A stretch of DNA of 64,000 nucleotides from Promethearchaeota archaeon (GCA_048938025.1 JBHLMP010000002.1:1-64000); one strand, 5' to 3'. Shown: positions 10,039 to 20,800, numbered from the stretch's first letter. Notes: a model not told the origin generated them from the sequence alone. Program-made: numbers and translations.

Positions 10039-11184
10039 ATGCCAACTATAGAATTAGTAAACGTAACAAAAACTTTTAATGAAGGAAGAGTTCTGGCTGT
10101 TGACAATATTTCGGTAAAGATTGAGGATGGAGAATATGTATTTCTAATAGGTCCTACAGGCTGTGGAAAGACCACAACACTTAGAATGATCGCTGGGCTC
10201 GAAGAACCTACAAAGGGAAAAGTATTAATAGATGGAAAAGACGTTAAGGGCATACCACCTGAAGACAGAGATATGGGTTTTATATTTCAGCATTTTGAGA
10301 TATTTGATCATCTTACCGTATGGGAAAATGTAACTTTTGGTTTAGAAATGAGAGGTTATAATGATGATTATATAATTGAACAAGCTGAAAAAGCTCTAAA
10401 AATAGTAGATCTACTAAAATACGCTGATGAATACCCTAATATTTTTGGGAATCCTGGTTTGCAAAAATTAGGAATTGCAAGAGCTATAGCAACTGGAGCT
10501 AAGATCTTAATAATGGATGAGCCATTAGGGTCATTAGATCCAAAGGTTTCAAAAGTATTTCGTCATGAATTAAGGAATTTGATTAAAGACCTAGGTTTAA
10601 CAGCTATACATGTAACTCACAATCAACAAGAAGCAATGGCTATAGCAGATAAAATTATAATCATGAGAAATGGAAGATTGCTCCAAATGGGAACGCCCTA
10701 TGAGTTATATGAAAATCCTAACAGTATTTTTATAGCAAACTTTTTGGGAGAGACTAATTTTTTACAAGGTTTTGTATTTAAATTGCTCGAAAATGAAACA
10801 ATGGAGATATGGATTCGTTTAGGAGGTCCAAAAATATTATGTAATAATTTTCATAATAAATTCAATTTAGATGAGAATATAGTTATCGCTTTCCGTTTTG
10901 AGGATGTTTATCTATTTCAAGATGATTATGATTTTGAGAACAGTCAATATGATTGGTCTGAGGTGCAATTTTGCGAAGCTACTTTAGAAATATCAAGATT
11001 TATAGGCGCAACAAAGAGATTTTACTTGACCTTAGACACTGGAGATAAGTTCTTATCAATTAAACCCGGCAATTTTGAGGAAAATTTTGTCCCAGGACAA
11101 AAATTAAAAATAGGAATCCATAAGGATGATATTCATGTATTCAAAACTCCTGAAAATTTTTTGTATGAATTATCTTTATCATGA
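10039..11184 (+). CDS. ABC importer ATP-binding subunit (MalK/PotA-like) with degenerate signature
   Basis: GPTGCGKT, MDEP, VTH; LSGGQ replaced by FGNPG; C-terminal TOBE-like region. Confidence 0.9.
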   Translation: MPTIELVNVTKTFNEGRVLAVDNISVKIEDGEYVFLIGPTGCGKTTTLRMIAGLEEPTKGKVLIDGKDVKGIPPEDRDMGFIFQHFEIFDHLTVWENVTFGLEMRGYNDDYIIEQAEKALKIVDLLKYADEYPNIFGNPGLQKLGIARAIATGAKILIMDEPLGSLDPKVSKVFRHELRNLIKDLGLTAIHVTHNQQEAMAIADKIIIMRNGRLLQMGTPYELYENPNSIFIANFLGETNFLQGFVFKLLENETMEIWIRLGGPKILCNNFHNKFNLDENIVIAFRFEDVYLFQDDYDFENSQYDWSEVQFCEATLEISRFIGATKRFYLTLDTGDKFLSIKPGNFEENFVPGQKLKIGIHKDDIHVFKTPENFLYELSLS

Positions 11185-11201
11185 AAAAAGGTGAAATGTA
11201 A

Positions 11202-12428
11202 ATGGTAAATATAAAATTAGAAAATATTTCTAAATCTTTTAGAAATGTTAAGGCTCTTCATAATGTCTCTCTTGAAATACTTAATAAAGAATATTTCATA
11301 ATTCTAGGTCCTACTGGAGCAGGTAAAACTACTTTACTTAAAATTATTGCTGGACTTATTAAACCTGATAAGGGGGGGAATATTTATTTCGATAGGAAAA
11401 ATATGACTAAGCTAACACCAGGAGAACGAAATTTAGGATTCATGTTTGAGAATTATGCTTTATTTCCAAATATGGATATAGTAGAAAATATATCATATAG
11501 CGGTCGGGTTCATGCTCGAGATTCTAAGACTACTCAAATACTCGTTGAACAAGTTTTAATGATGACATTACTAACAGGAAGAAATGATGCAAAGCCAGAA
11601 GAACTAAGTGGAGGGATGAAACAACGAGTTGCATTATGTCGAGCTCTATTGAATTTAGAGCAAACAAAGTTACTTATTTTAGATGAGCCACTAAAAGCAC
11701 TCGATGCTGGGCTTAGAATGAACTTAAGGGAAGAATTATTATTAATGGCAAAATCTAAGCAATTAGAGTTGACAGTAATACATGTAACAAATGAAGAACA
11801 AGAAGCAATGATGCTTGCTGATCGAATAGCAATTATTAATGATGGAAAAGTTATACAAGTGGGAACTCCACATGAAATTTATTATCATCCTAAAAATTTT
11901 TTTGTAGCAAACTTCATGAGTGAAATTAATTATTTTGAAGGAATTTCGAAAAAAGAAGAAGAACCTATTTGGGATATCCATAGAAAATCGAAACAAGGCG
12001 ATAAATTTTATGAACAAATTCATGAAGATTCACTTCCAATGCCAATTGATATAGGACTTAAGGACATGTTTGCATCATATGTAATGAAAGAGACTTATAA
12101 TAGAATTAATCATGGGGATAAAATCTTGCTTGTGGTAAGAGCAAATCATATAAAAATTCGATCAGGTAACCGTGTAAGAGAGAAAAGAAATGCTATTCTT
12201 GGAAAAATACATCGACGTAAATTTATGGGTGTATTTTATCGATTTGAGGTCGATATAAATATAAATGGTAAAGATAAAGTTATCATTGTTATCACACCAG
12301 CTACTACTGAAATTCACAATACTTTAAAGGAAAATTTAGAAGTAACAATCTATTTTCCAAAAGAATTAGGAATCTTATTTAAGCATCCTGGTGATAATGT
12401 TATAAAAGAAGTATTAAAATTAGAATAA
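11202..12428 (+). CDS. ABC importer ATP-binding subunit (MalK/PotA-like)
   Basis: GPTGAGKT, LSGGMKQR, LDEP; the switch His is replaced (HVTNEEQEA). Confidence 0.9.
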   Translation: MVNIKLENISKSFRNVKALHNVSLEILNKEYFIILGPTGAGKTTLLKIIAGLIKPDKGGNIYFDRKNMTKLTPGERNLGFMFENYALFPNMDIVENISYSGRVHARDSKTTQILVEQVLMMTLLTGRNDAKPEELSGGMKQRVALCRALLNLEQTKLLILDEPLKALDAGLRMNLREELLLMAKSKQLELTVIHVTNEEQEAMMLADRIAIINDGKVIQVGTPHEIYYHPKNFFVANFMSEINYFEGISKKEEEPIWDIHRKSKQGDKFYEQIHEDSLPMPIDIGLKDMFASYVMKETYNRINHGDKILLVVRANHIKIRSGNRVREKRNAILGKIHRRKFMGVFYRFEVDININGKDKVIIVITPATTEIHNTLKENLEVTIYFPKELGILFKHPGDNVIKEVLKLE

Positions 12429-12473
12429 AAATAATAAAACATAATAAGAATTAATGATTAACAGGTAATTTTT

Positions 12474-13157
12474 ATGAGTTCATTATTTGAATGGTTTAAA
12501 ACGCGAAATGAAGAAAGTGCTATTAACAAAACTTTAGTGTTTATGCAAAAAATTCTCGAATGTATTGTAGAATTTGAAAAAGGATTATCATTCCTTCTTG
12601 AAGAGAAAAATATTGATCTTGCCCTTAAAGTTTTTTTTAGAGTTAATGAACTTGAACATCAAGCTGATGGTATGCGCCGGGATATTCTCAATATGCTCAC
12701 TAAAGCAGAACTCTCTCCAACTATTCGTGAAAATTTAATTCATCTAACACAAAAAATAGATGATGTAGCAAATGCCGCTAATGGAAGTGCTAGGATTCTC
12801 ATATACATTAATCATGCAGAATTTCTAAAATTCGATAATCTAATTCATTCAAAGATTTTAGAAATGACAAGGATCTCAGTTGAGGCAGTTAAAACATTAA
12901 ATAGAATGGTTAATGGTTTATTAAAAGCTGAGGAAGTAGAAATCCGTGAATTAGGAGAAGAGGTTAATCTTTTAGAGCATCAGTGTGATGAGATACATTT
13001 CGCTATAAATCGAATGTTATTATCAAACAATCTTAATATTAACCCATTTTTAGCTATAGAAATTTATAATAGTATAGCACTTATAGAAATTATTAGTGAT
13101 AACGCTGAAGATGTCGCTGACTATATTATTATGTTAACATTAGCAAAAAGACCTTAA
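12474..13157 (+). CDS. DUF47 / PhoU-like phosphate transport regulator
   Basis: ELEHQADGMRR, KIDDVAN, LEHQCDEI, ISDNAEDVAD. Confidence 0.9.
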   Translation: MSSLFEWFKTRNEESAINKTLVFMQKILECIVEFEKGLSFLLEEKNIDLALKVFFRVNELEHQADGMRRDILNMLTKAELSPTIRENLIHLTQKIDDVANAANGSARILIYINHAEFLKFDNLIHSKILEMTRISVEAVKTLNRMVNGLLKAEEVEIRELGEEVNLLEHQCDEIHFAINRMLLSNNLNINPFLAIEIYNSIALIEIISDNAEDVADYIIMLTLAKRP

Positions 13158-13311
13158 TAAAATAGCTTACTTTAGTTTTGCTTTCATTTTTAAATACAAT
13201 TGCAGTTTTAGTTTCACTCTCTAGTTATACATTATATAAGTCCATAAATTCTTTAAGTAAAATATTTAAAGATTAATAAGACAAAAATAAAATTAAATTA
13301 AGTATGGAAAA

Positions 13312-13326
13312 TATATAGAAATATAG
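13312..13326. promoter_or_regulatory. Variant of the candidate phosphate-regulon motif
   Basis: Reverse complement CTATATTTCTATATA, upstream of the DUF47-Pit pair. Confidence 0.35.
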
Positions 13327-13397
13327 TGTGCTATTGAGAATTGAATAAAAATCTGATTTAATAAATTATTCTACATACACTTTAAAAGGATTTTAAA

Positions 13398-14075
13398 ATG
13401 GTTGAAAATGATCAGATTGAAATTGATGAAAAAGCTCTCAAAAAATTAAGTATTGATGAGTTAACTCAACTCTTTATGGATAATATAAATGCACAAAATT
13501 TAAAATTAATTGAGGGAATTGAATCTCTAGTCGAAGAAAATTTTGAGCAATTTAAAAAAAATATGCAATACGTCATAAAAACCAATACTGAAGTCCAAAT
13601 CAAGAAAAAATTTGAATCTAGAATATTCAAATCAAAACTCATGTTTTCTAAAGCAGATAGGCTAAAGTTATTTACAAAAATTAATGATATCAAAAATATA
13701 GGAGAATTTTTAGCCAACAAAATGCTCCTTTATAGAGCAGTTTTCCCTGATGAGGAATTTAAATTTCAAATTCAGAGCATTCTCAAATCTTTAAAAATTA
13801 TTTCCAATAAATTATCAAATGCAGTGAAATTAATAGGCTCTGATTTAAGCAAAGCTCATGATATTTGTGAAGAAATTAAAGAAGAGCGAAGAAAAATGAG
13901 AAAAGTAGAGTGGAATGTATTAACTCGTCTTTACAATTATGATATGGATTATTTATCAAGGACATTCTTATATCTGAAAGAATTGATTGATAGTATAATG
14001 ATGTTGGCTGATCATATGAAATCCTTTTCTGAATATATTCAGTTTCTTGCAACTAAATACTTAATTTTTGATTAA
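13398..14075 (+). CDS. Divergent DUF47/PhoU-like helical protein
   Basis: Same length and helical pattern as its neighbours (DRLKLFTKINDI, LKELIDSIMMLADHM); the acidic motifs are eroded. Confidence 0.65.
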   Translation: MVENDQIEIDEKALKKLSIDELTQLFMDNINAQNLKLIEGIESLVEENFEQFKKNMQYVIKTNTEVQIKKKFESRIFKSKLMFSKADRLKLFTKINDIKNIGEFLANKMLLYRAVFPDEEFKFQIQSILKSLKIISNKLSNAVKLIGSDLSKAHDICEEIKEERRKMRKVEWNVLTRLYNYDMDYLSRTFLYLKELIDSIMMLADHMKSFSEYIQFLATKYLIFD

Positions 14076-15129
14076 ATATAAAAAGTCAAGATCTGATATG
14101 GCTGACGATTTAACTTCAATCTTAATTATTGTATTAATAATAATGGCTATAGCTCTTGCTTTTTCTATTGGAGCTAATGATGAGACTTTATCAGCATTAG
14201 TAGGTGCAGGAGTCTTAAAATTCAAGATTGCACTTTTTATAGGAGGTGTAGCAATAGGAACCGGAATGATACTCTTCAGCAGTGGTTTTGTAGCAAAAAC
14301 AGTTGGATCTGATATTCTAGGAGAAGATATAACATATACTACCTACATGCTTTTAACAGTATTAATAAGTAGCATTCTTTGGTTAGTTATAGGAAGTTTT
14401 GCCGGGATTCCTTTAAGTAGTACCCATTCATTAGTGGGAAGTGTGGTTGGAGTGTTAATTATTTATGCAATTTTTGAAGGAGGTGTTAATCCTGATACTG
14501 CTTTAAATTGGACTAAGTTAGGAAATGTTTTATTGAGTTGGGTTTTATCACCCTTATTTGGCTTGATAGTCACTTTTTTATTATTTAAATTAATTGCTAA
14601 GCTATACTTATCCCGTTTAAGAGGTTTAAATCAAATCGAATTATCAGAAAAATATTTTAAGTGGCTTCTCTTGATAGCTGTAATTTTTGCTGAAATATGG
14701 GTAGGAGCTAATTCTGGTGAAGCCTTAGGAATTCTTTATGGCCTCTTGGATAATGGATCATTAAATTTAACACAATATTATATTTATGCAATTATATGTG
14801 GTATTTTTGCATGTGTTGGAATATATATTGCTGCTCGCTATGTAATCAGAAATCTAGCATCTCAAATGATCGATTCACGACCCAGCGAAGGACTTGTTAT
14901 TCAAATGAGTTCTGCAATAATTTTAATGATTGCCACGATTTTAGGATTACCTATCTCTCATAGTCATGTAATAGTTTTCTGTATAATAGGAATGAGTATA
15001 GCCCAAAAAAAGGATGTTGATTACAAAACTTTAGGGAAGATGGGAATTTATTGGATTTTAACCTTCCCTTGTGCTGCAATTTTGGCAGGTTTTATTTATT
15101 TAGGTTTCTTTTCATTTGGATTTTCTTGA
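14068..15129 (+). CDS. pit: Inorganic phosphate transporter, Pit/PHO4 family (probable start ATG 14098)
   Basis: GAND signature, GIPLSSTHSLVG, GLPISHSH, ~10 TM segments. Confidence 0.9.
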   Translation: MIKYKKSRSDMADDLTSILIIVLIIMAIALAFSIGANDETLSALVGAGVLKFKIALFIGGVAIGTGMILFSSGFVAKTVGSDILGEDITYTTYMLLTVLISSILWLVIGSFAGIPLSSTHSLVGSVVGVLIIYAIFEGGVNPDTALNWTKLGNVLLSWVLSPLFGLIVTFLLFKLIAKLYLSRLRGLNQIELSEKYFKWLLLIAVIFAEIWVGANSGEALGILYGLLDNGSLNLTQYYIYAIICGIFACVGIYIAARYVIRNLASQMIDSRPSEGLVIQMSSAIILMIATILGLPISHSHVIVFCIIGMSIAQKKDVDYKTLGKMGIYWILTFPCAAILAGFIYLGFFSFGFS

Positions 15130-15167
15130 TAAATTAATAAATTTGAAAAAATATATTTAAATTTCAT

Positions 15168-15180
15168 TATATTCTATATA
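15168..15180 (+). promoter_or_regulatory. Variant of the candidate phosphate-regulon motif
   Basis: TATATTCTATATA about 35 bp upstream of the third DUF47 gene. Confidence 0.35.
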
Positions 15181-15215
15181 ATGATTAAAAATAAGAAAGA
15201 ATTGATGTTTTAAGA

Positions 15216-15899
15216 ATGGGTTCCTTAATTGAATATTTGAAAAGAGAAACAGCATTAAATGCCTTAGAAAAAACTATTAAACATGCTCAAAAAGTACAAG
15301 AATGTGTAAAAACCTTAGATTCAGGGTTACAAATACTTCTAAAAGAAAAAAATCTTGATAAAACACATGATCTTTTTCATAAAGTTGATCTTTTAGAAGC
15401 AGAAGCAGATGATTTAAGAAGAGAACTTCAGAAAGATATTTCAAGAGGAGAATTAAATCCAAGTGTTAGACAAAATCTATCTCATTTAATTAAGAGATTG
15501 GATGATGTTGCTAATTGTTGTACTGGTGTTGCCAGAAGAATTGCAACTGTACCTATAAAATTTTGGGAACAAAGTAGTAATCAGACAATAAATTTAATTA
15601 GTGAAATCATGAAAACGACTGTGGATTGCTCTGAATTTTTAGATAAGATTGTTATAGATTTAGTTAAAGATAGGAAAGAAGTAAAAGAGATTGCAAAAAA
15701 AATTAACTATTATGAGCATGAGGTTGATCTTTTAAACATAAAGTTAAGAGGAAGTCTTCAAGAAACAGATTATCACGTTAATTATTTTACCATTTTCACG
15801 GTAGGGAATATTTTTGATATTCTAGAGGCCATTTCAGATTCAATTGAAGAAGTTGCTGATTATATAATGGTTCTGCTAACGAGCTCTGAACGTCTTTAA
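15216..15899 (+). CDS. DUF47 / PhoU-like phosphate transport regulator
   Basis: LEAEADDLRR, RLDDVAN, YEHEVD, ISDSIEEVAD. Confidence 0.9.
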   Translation: MGSLIEYLKRETALNALEKTIKHAQKVQECVKTLDSGLQILLKEKNLDKTHDLFHKVDLLEAEADDLRRELQKDISRGELNPSVRQNLSHLIKRLDDVANCCTGVARRIATVPIKFWEQSSNQTINLISEIMKTTVDCSEFLDKIVIDLVKDRKEVKEIAKKINYYEHEVDLLNIKLRGSLQETDYHVNYFTIFTVGNIFDILEAISDSIEEVADYIMVLLTSSERL

Positions 15900-16121
15900 T
15901 CTGTTAGATTATTTTTTCTTTTAATGTCTTACACTTATCTCTTGTCCTTTTTGGAATATTGGGATATTTCTTTTTCTCATGCCTTTATTAATAAGATTCA
16001 AATGAGAACTAAAAACTAATAATCTATTTTTTTTTTATTTTTTTTATAATCAAAAAATATATAGGTTTGTTTTGGATTTTTTCAACATTTTTGTATAAGA
16101 AGCTAATAAAAGACTAATAAT

Positions 16122-16138
16122 CTATATATTCTATATAG
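16122..16138 (+). promoter_or_regulatory. Candidate phosphate-regulon operator upstream of AbrB-PhoU
   Basis: CTATATATTCTATATAG; a related inverted copy ATATATGGAATAT lies at 16151-16163. Confidence 0.5.
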
Positions 16139-16254
16139 ATTATAATTAAAATATATGGAATATTTTTTTTATATAATTAGTTAATTTGGTTTTTAGTTTA
16201 AAACTGCCTTAAAACCGATTTATAGGAAAATAACAAAAATTATGGTATTTATTT

Positions 16255-17259
16255 ATGACACTTCATATTGAGACTAGAAAGGTCCAGAAAACCGGTGGGT
16301 CAAGTTTTATAATTAGTCTCCCGATAGTATGGATAAAAAAACATGGTGTTGAAAAAAATGATACTTTGGGTATATTAAGTCAACCGGATGGGAATCTACT
16401 AATTACTCCAAATATAAATTCAGAAGAATATATAAAGAGTAAGAATTTTGATGTAGATGGCATCACTGATCCCCATTATCTATTTCGACTTTTAATAGGA
16501 GCATATATTATGGGATGTACAGTTATTACTATTAAATCAAGTAAGAGGTTTGAGCCGAATATTAGAGATTGTGTAAGAAATTTCACTAAAATAGCTATTG
16601 GACCTGAAATAATTGAAGAATCAAATCAACGAATTTTAATTAAGGATTTACTTAATCCTAAAGAAATGCCATTCGAAAGAACGATAAAAAGAATGTATAT
16701 TTTAGTTCAAACTATGCATGAGGATGCTATAAAAGCTTTAGAAACAGGTGATAAACAACTAGCAGAAGAAGTTATCGAGCGAGATAATGAAATAGATAGA
16801 TTACATTGGTTAGTAGGTCGCCAATCACATATAGTCCTTCGAGATATAATCTTATGCCAAAAAATGGGTATTACATTAGAAGATGCTAGCCATTATCAGT
16901 TTATGAGTAAATTTTTAGAACGTATTGGAGATCACGCAGTTAATATAGCAAAAAATTTATTATTAATTGACTATAAAGAAGTTGACAAGAAGTTATTAGA
17001 AAATATTTCAAATGTTAGTAAATTTTCCTTAGAATTACTTGATATCAGTTTGGATGCTTGGCAACAAAAAAATATAAAATTAGCAAATGAAAATATAGAT
17101 AAAATTAAGAAACTAACAGAAGAATGTGAAAAAATCATAACTATAACAGAAAATAACGTTAAAATATCAGTTCCTCTTGGATATATAATTGAAAGTATTA
17201 GAAGAACTGGAGAATATTCTTCAGATATATCAGAGATTATTATAAATAATCTAATCTAA
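16255..17259 (+). CDS. phoU: Archaeal phosphate uptake regulator (AbrB-like N-terminal domain + PhoU domains)
   Basis: ETRKVQKTGGSSFIISLP..W, ERDNEIDRL, LERIGDHAVNIA, SIRRTGEYS. Confidence 0.93.
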   Translation: MTLHIETRKVQKTGGSSFIISLPIVWIKKHGVEKNDTLGILSQPDGNLLITPNINSEEYIKSKNFDVDGITDPHYLFRLLIGAYIMGCTVITIKSSKRFEPNIRDCVRNFTKIAIGPEIIEESNQRILIKDLLNPKEMPFERTIKRMYILVQTMHEDAIKALETGDKQLAEEVIERDNEIDRLHWLVGRQSHIVLRDIILCQKMGITLEDASHYQFMSKFLERIGDHAVNIAKNLLLIDYKEVDKKLLENISNVSKFSLELLDISLDAWQQKNIKLANENIDKIKKLTEECEKIITITENNVKISVPLGYIIESIRRTGEYSSDISEIIINNLI

Positions 17260-17302
17260 ATTTTTTAATCTCAAATTTGAAAGTAATTATTTGTATTAAG
17301 AA

Positions 17303-17587
17303 TTAGAGTTTATAGTCTTTTCTTAACCCAATAAGAGTTGTTGTTGCTTCAATCCACTGTTGTAAATCCTCATCATTTCTGAAAAAAGAGATAATTTTTT
17401 CCATATCTTCGAGGTTATTAATAACACATTCTACTAATAAATCCCATGCTCCGTAAAGTGGTGTAGAGTATGTGATTTTCCAATCTTCATCTGAGGTCAC
17501 AGGTTTTAATTGTTTTATTTTTTCAATGACTTTCAGCTGAGTTCCAATTATTTTTAGCCGGATTAGTATGTAGCTTTTAAAATAGAT
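17303..17587 (-). CDS. Stand-alone Lrp/AsnC ligand-binding (RAM) domain protein; extends upstream of the tracked GTG
   Basis: In-frame extension KSYILIRLKIIGTQLKVIEKIKQL plus YGAWDLLV..NNLEDM..TTTLI; candidate ATC start after GGTG. Confidence 0.7.
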   Translation of the reverse strand: MYFKSYILIRLKIIGTQLKVIEKIKQLKPVTSDEDWKITYSTPLYGAWDLLVECVINNLEDMEKIISFFRNDEDLQQWIEATTTLIGLRKDYKL

Positions 17588-17805
17588 TTTTAAAGCACCA
17601 ATTGTTTTGCGTAGAATATTAATATATTAGTTTTAACCTTAATTAATAATTTTTTAATAAGCACTTAAATTTACTTTTAATTTAATTATCTCTTAATTAA
17701 AAATTTATATAGACTAAGGAGCTTTGGGCATAATTGTGGTTCTGAGGATGACTATTATCTTGAATGGAATGTAACTTTAAAATAAATAATGTAGATCCAA
17801 TTGAT

Positions 17806-20800
17806 CTACCAATAAATTTCTTTTAATGTATCATGATATTCATTAAGAGATTTAATTTCTACTTTTTTTTGACGAACATTTTCAATTGCTTCTACAATTG
17901 CTTTAGCTAACTGTAAATTAATAATAACTGGGATGTTATAATCTACTGCCATCCTTCTAATTAGATATTCATCCTCCATAATTTTCTTAAATTTTTCTTC
18001 GACGGTTGTTGGTAATGGGATGTTAATTACCATGTCTATGCGACCTTCTTGTAAGCATGCCATTATATTAGGTTCTTTCCCATATTCATGAACTTTATAC
18101 AATCTTACTGCTTCTATTCCACTGGTTTTTAGGGTTAATGCTGTGTCTTCTGTAGCAAAAATGCTAAAACCTAGGGATTTTAATTTCTTAGCAAGAGGAA
18201 TAACTTCTTTTTTCAACGCTTCTCCACCAACAGAAATTAATACATTACCGCCTTCTATTGGAATGTCCATTTCTGTAGCTTCTAATGATTTTATGAGGGC
18301 ATCAGGGAAATCTTGACCGATGCATGCTACTTCACCTGTACTCGCCATCTCTACCCCTAGAACCGGATCAGCTTTATCTAATCTCATAAATGAAAACATT
18401 GGAGCTTTAATTGAAACAAAGGTACCATAAGGAATATTTAATAATCTTTTAGGAATTTTATTCCCCATAATTGTTTCAGCTGCTAATCTCATTAGGTTAA
18501 TACCCCTTGTTTTTGAAACATAAGGCATGCTACGACTTGAACGTAAATTACATTCAATTACATAAACATTACCATTCTTTACTAAATATTGGACATTAAA
18601 AGGTCCTTGAATTTTAAGAGCTAAAGCAATTTGAGTTGTATAATTCTCAATTATATTGATTACGCTTTTAGGAACTGTTTGAGGGGGAATTGCCATTGTA
18701 GCATCTCCACTATGAATTCCTGCATTTTCAATATGTTCAACAATAGCTCCTATTAACACATTATCTCCATCGGATATACCATCACATTCAATTTCTCTGG
18801 CATTTGTAAAGAATTTAGTTATTACAACAGGGTATTCACTCGAAACAGCAGCAGCAAGATCAAGTGTATCTTGAAGAGTCTTCTCATCATAGGAAACTCT
18901 CATAGCTGCTCCACTTAAAACATAAGAGGGTCTAACTAACACAGGATACCCTACTTCTTTTGCAAACCGTAAAGCTTCTTCTTTATTAATTAATGCATTC
19001 CATTGCGGTTGTTTTATATTAAGCTGATCTAATAAAGCACTAAATTTACTTCTATCTTCAGCCATATCTATTCTAGAACCATGAGTTCCGAGGATTTTCA
19101 AATTAGTTTTTCTAAAGAATTCAGAATACTTTGAGATTTTTGTTGCCAAATTATTTGCTATTTGACCACCTGCAGATACCACAATACCGGTAGCTTTTTC
19201 AAGTTCACAAATATCAAGTACTCTCTCACCAGAAATTTCTTCAAAATACAATTTATCGGATATATCATAGTCAGTAGAAACTGTTTCAGGATTGTAATTG
19301 ATCATTATTGCTTGATCAATATCTAGTTTTTTTAAACCCCATAAACAATTGACAGATCCCCAATCAAACTCAACGGAAGCACCAATACGATATGTACCAG
19401 AACCTAGTACAATTATCTTACTTAAATTAGAATTATTTTCTACTGTAAAGTCAATATCATGTTCAGAAGCACTATACGTTAGATACAAATAATTAGTAAT
19501 TGCGGGCCACTCAGCAGCTAAAGTATCAATTCTTTTAACATATGGTTGAATTCCTAGTCTTCTTCGCAACTGTCTTATGAATATAGTATCAACTTCCATA
19601 ATCTTAGCAATTTGTCCATCAGAAAAACCATATCTTTTAGCTCTTTCTAACCAATATTTTTTCTCATTGTCATTGGACTCTAACAGATCAAGATCTTGAA
19701 GATGACGTTCAAGGACAATAATATTTTTTAATTTATGAAGAAACCATTTGTCAACTCTAGATAAACGATAGATTTCATCAAGAGAAACCCCTCTTTTTAT
19801 AGCTTCTGCAAATCTGAACACTCTTAAATCTGTTGGATTTCGTAAAGCATATTTTAATTCGTTTATATCATCAATGGGCTCTAAATCATTTGCAACAAAG
19901 CCTTTCATGCCTATATCAAGCATCCTAATAGCCTTCTGCAATACTTCTTCAAAAGTTCTCCCAATAGCCATTACTTCTCCAACTGATTTCATCTGACTTC
20001 CTATGCGTCGATCCACTTTTTGAAATTTTGTTAGATCCCATCTTGGAATTTTAAGTACTAGATAATCTAATGCAGGTTCAAAACAGGCTGTTGTAATTCC
20101 GGTAATTTTATTCTTTAATTCCGGTAATGTATATCCTATTGCTAGTTTTGCCGCTATATATGCCAAGGGATACCCAGTTGCTTTGGAAGCGAGTGCTGAT
20201 GACCTCGAAAGGCGAGCATTTACTTCAATAGCCCGGAACTCTTTTGAAAATGGGTCCAATCCATATTGAATATTACATTCTCCTATAATACCAAGGTTCC
20301 TAATAACTCTTATAGAGGCTGAACGGAGCATTTGGTATTCCTGATTAGTGAGTGTTTGACTAGGACTTACCACAAGTGACTCTCCTGTATGGAGTCCTAC
20401 TGGATCGAAATTCTCCATATTACAGTTAATAAAACAATTATCTTGAGAGTCTCTTACAACTTCGTATTCGATCTCCTTCCAACCCCATATACTTTCTTCA
20501 ATTAGAATCTGGTTGATTCTTGATTGAGCTAAACCTTTTTTCGCCATTCTTTCAAATTCTTTCATATTATTAACTATCCCAGATCCTCTACCTCCTAAAG
20601 TGTAGGCTACACGAATCATACAAGGGAACCCAATCTCTTTTACAGCTTTTAAAGCTCCAGCATAAGAACTTACTGCTTGACTTTTACACACTTTAACATT
20701 GGATTTTTCCATTGCTTTAACAAAAAGATCTCGATCTTCAGTAGCTTCAATAGCTTTTATTGGAGTGCCAAGAACTCTTACATTATACTTCTTTAAAATT

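Noticed and set aside
17712-17765. CTGA-GGATGA resembling C/D box sRNA internal motifs
   Set aside because: No convincing terminal C box (RTGATGA) or D box (CTGA).
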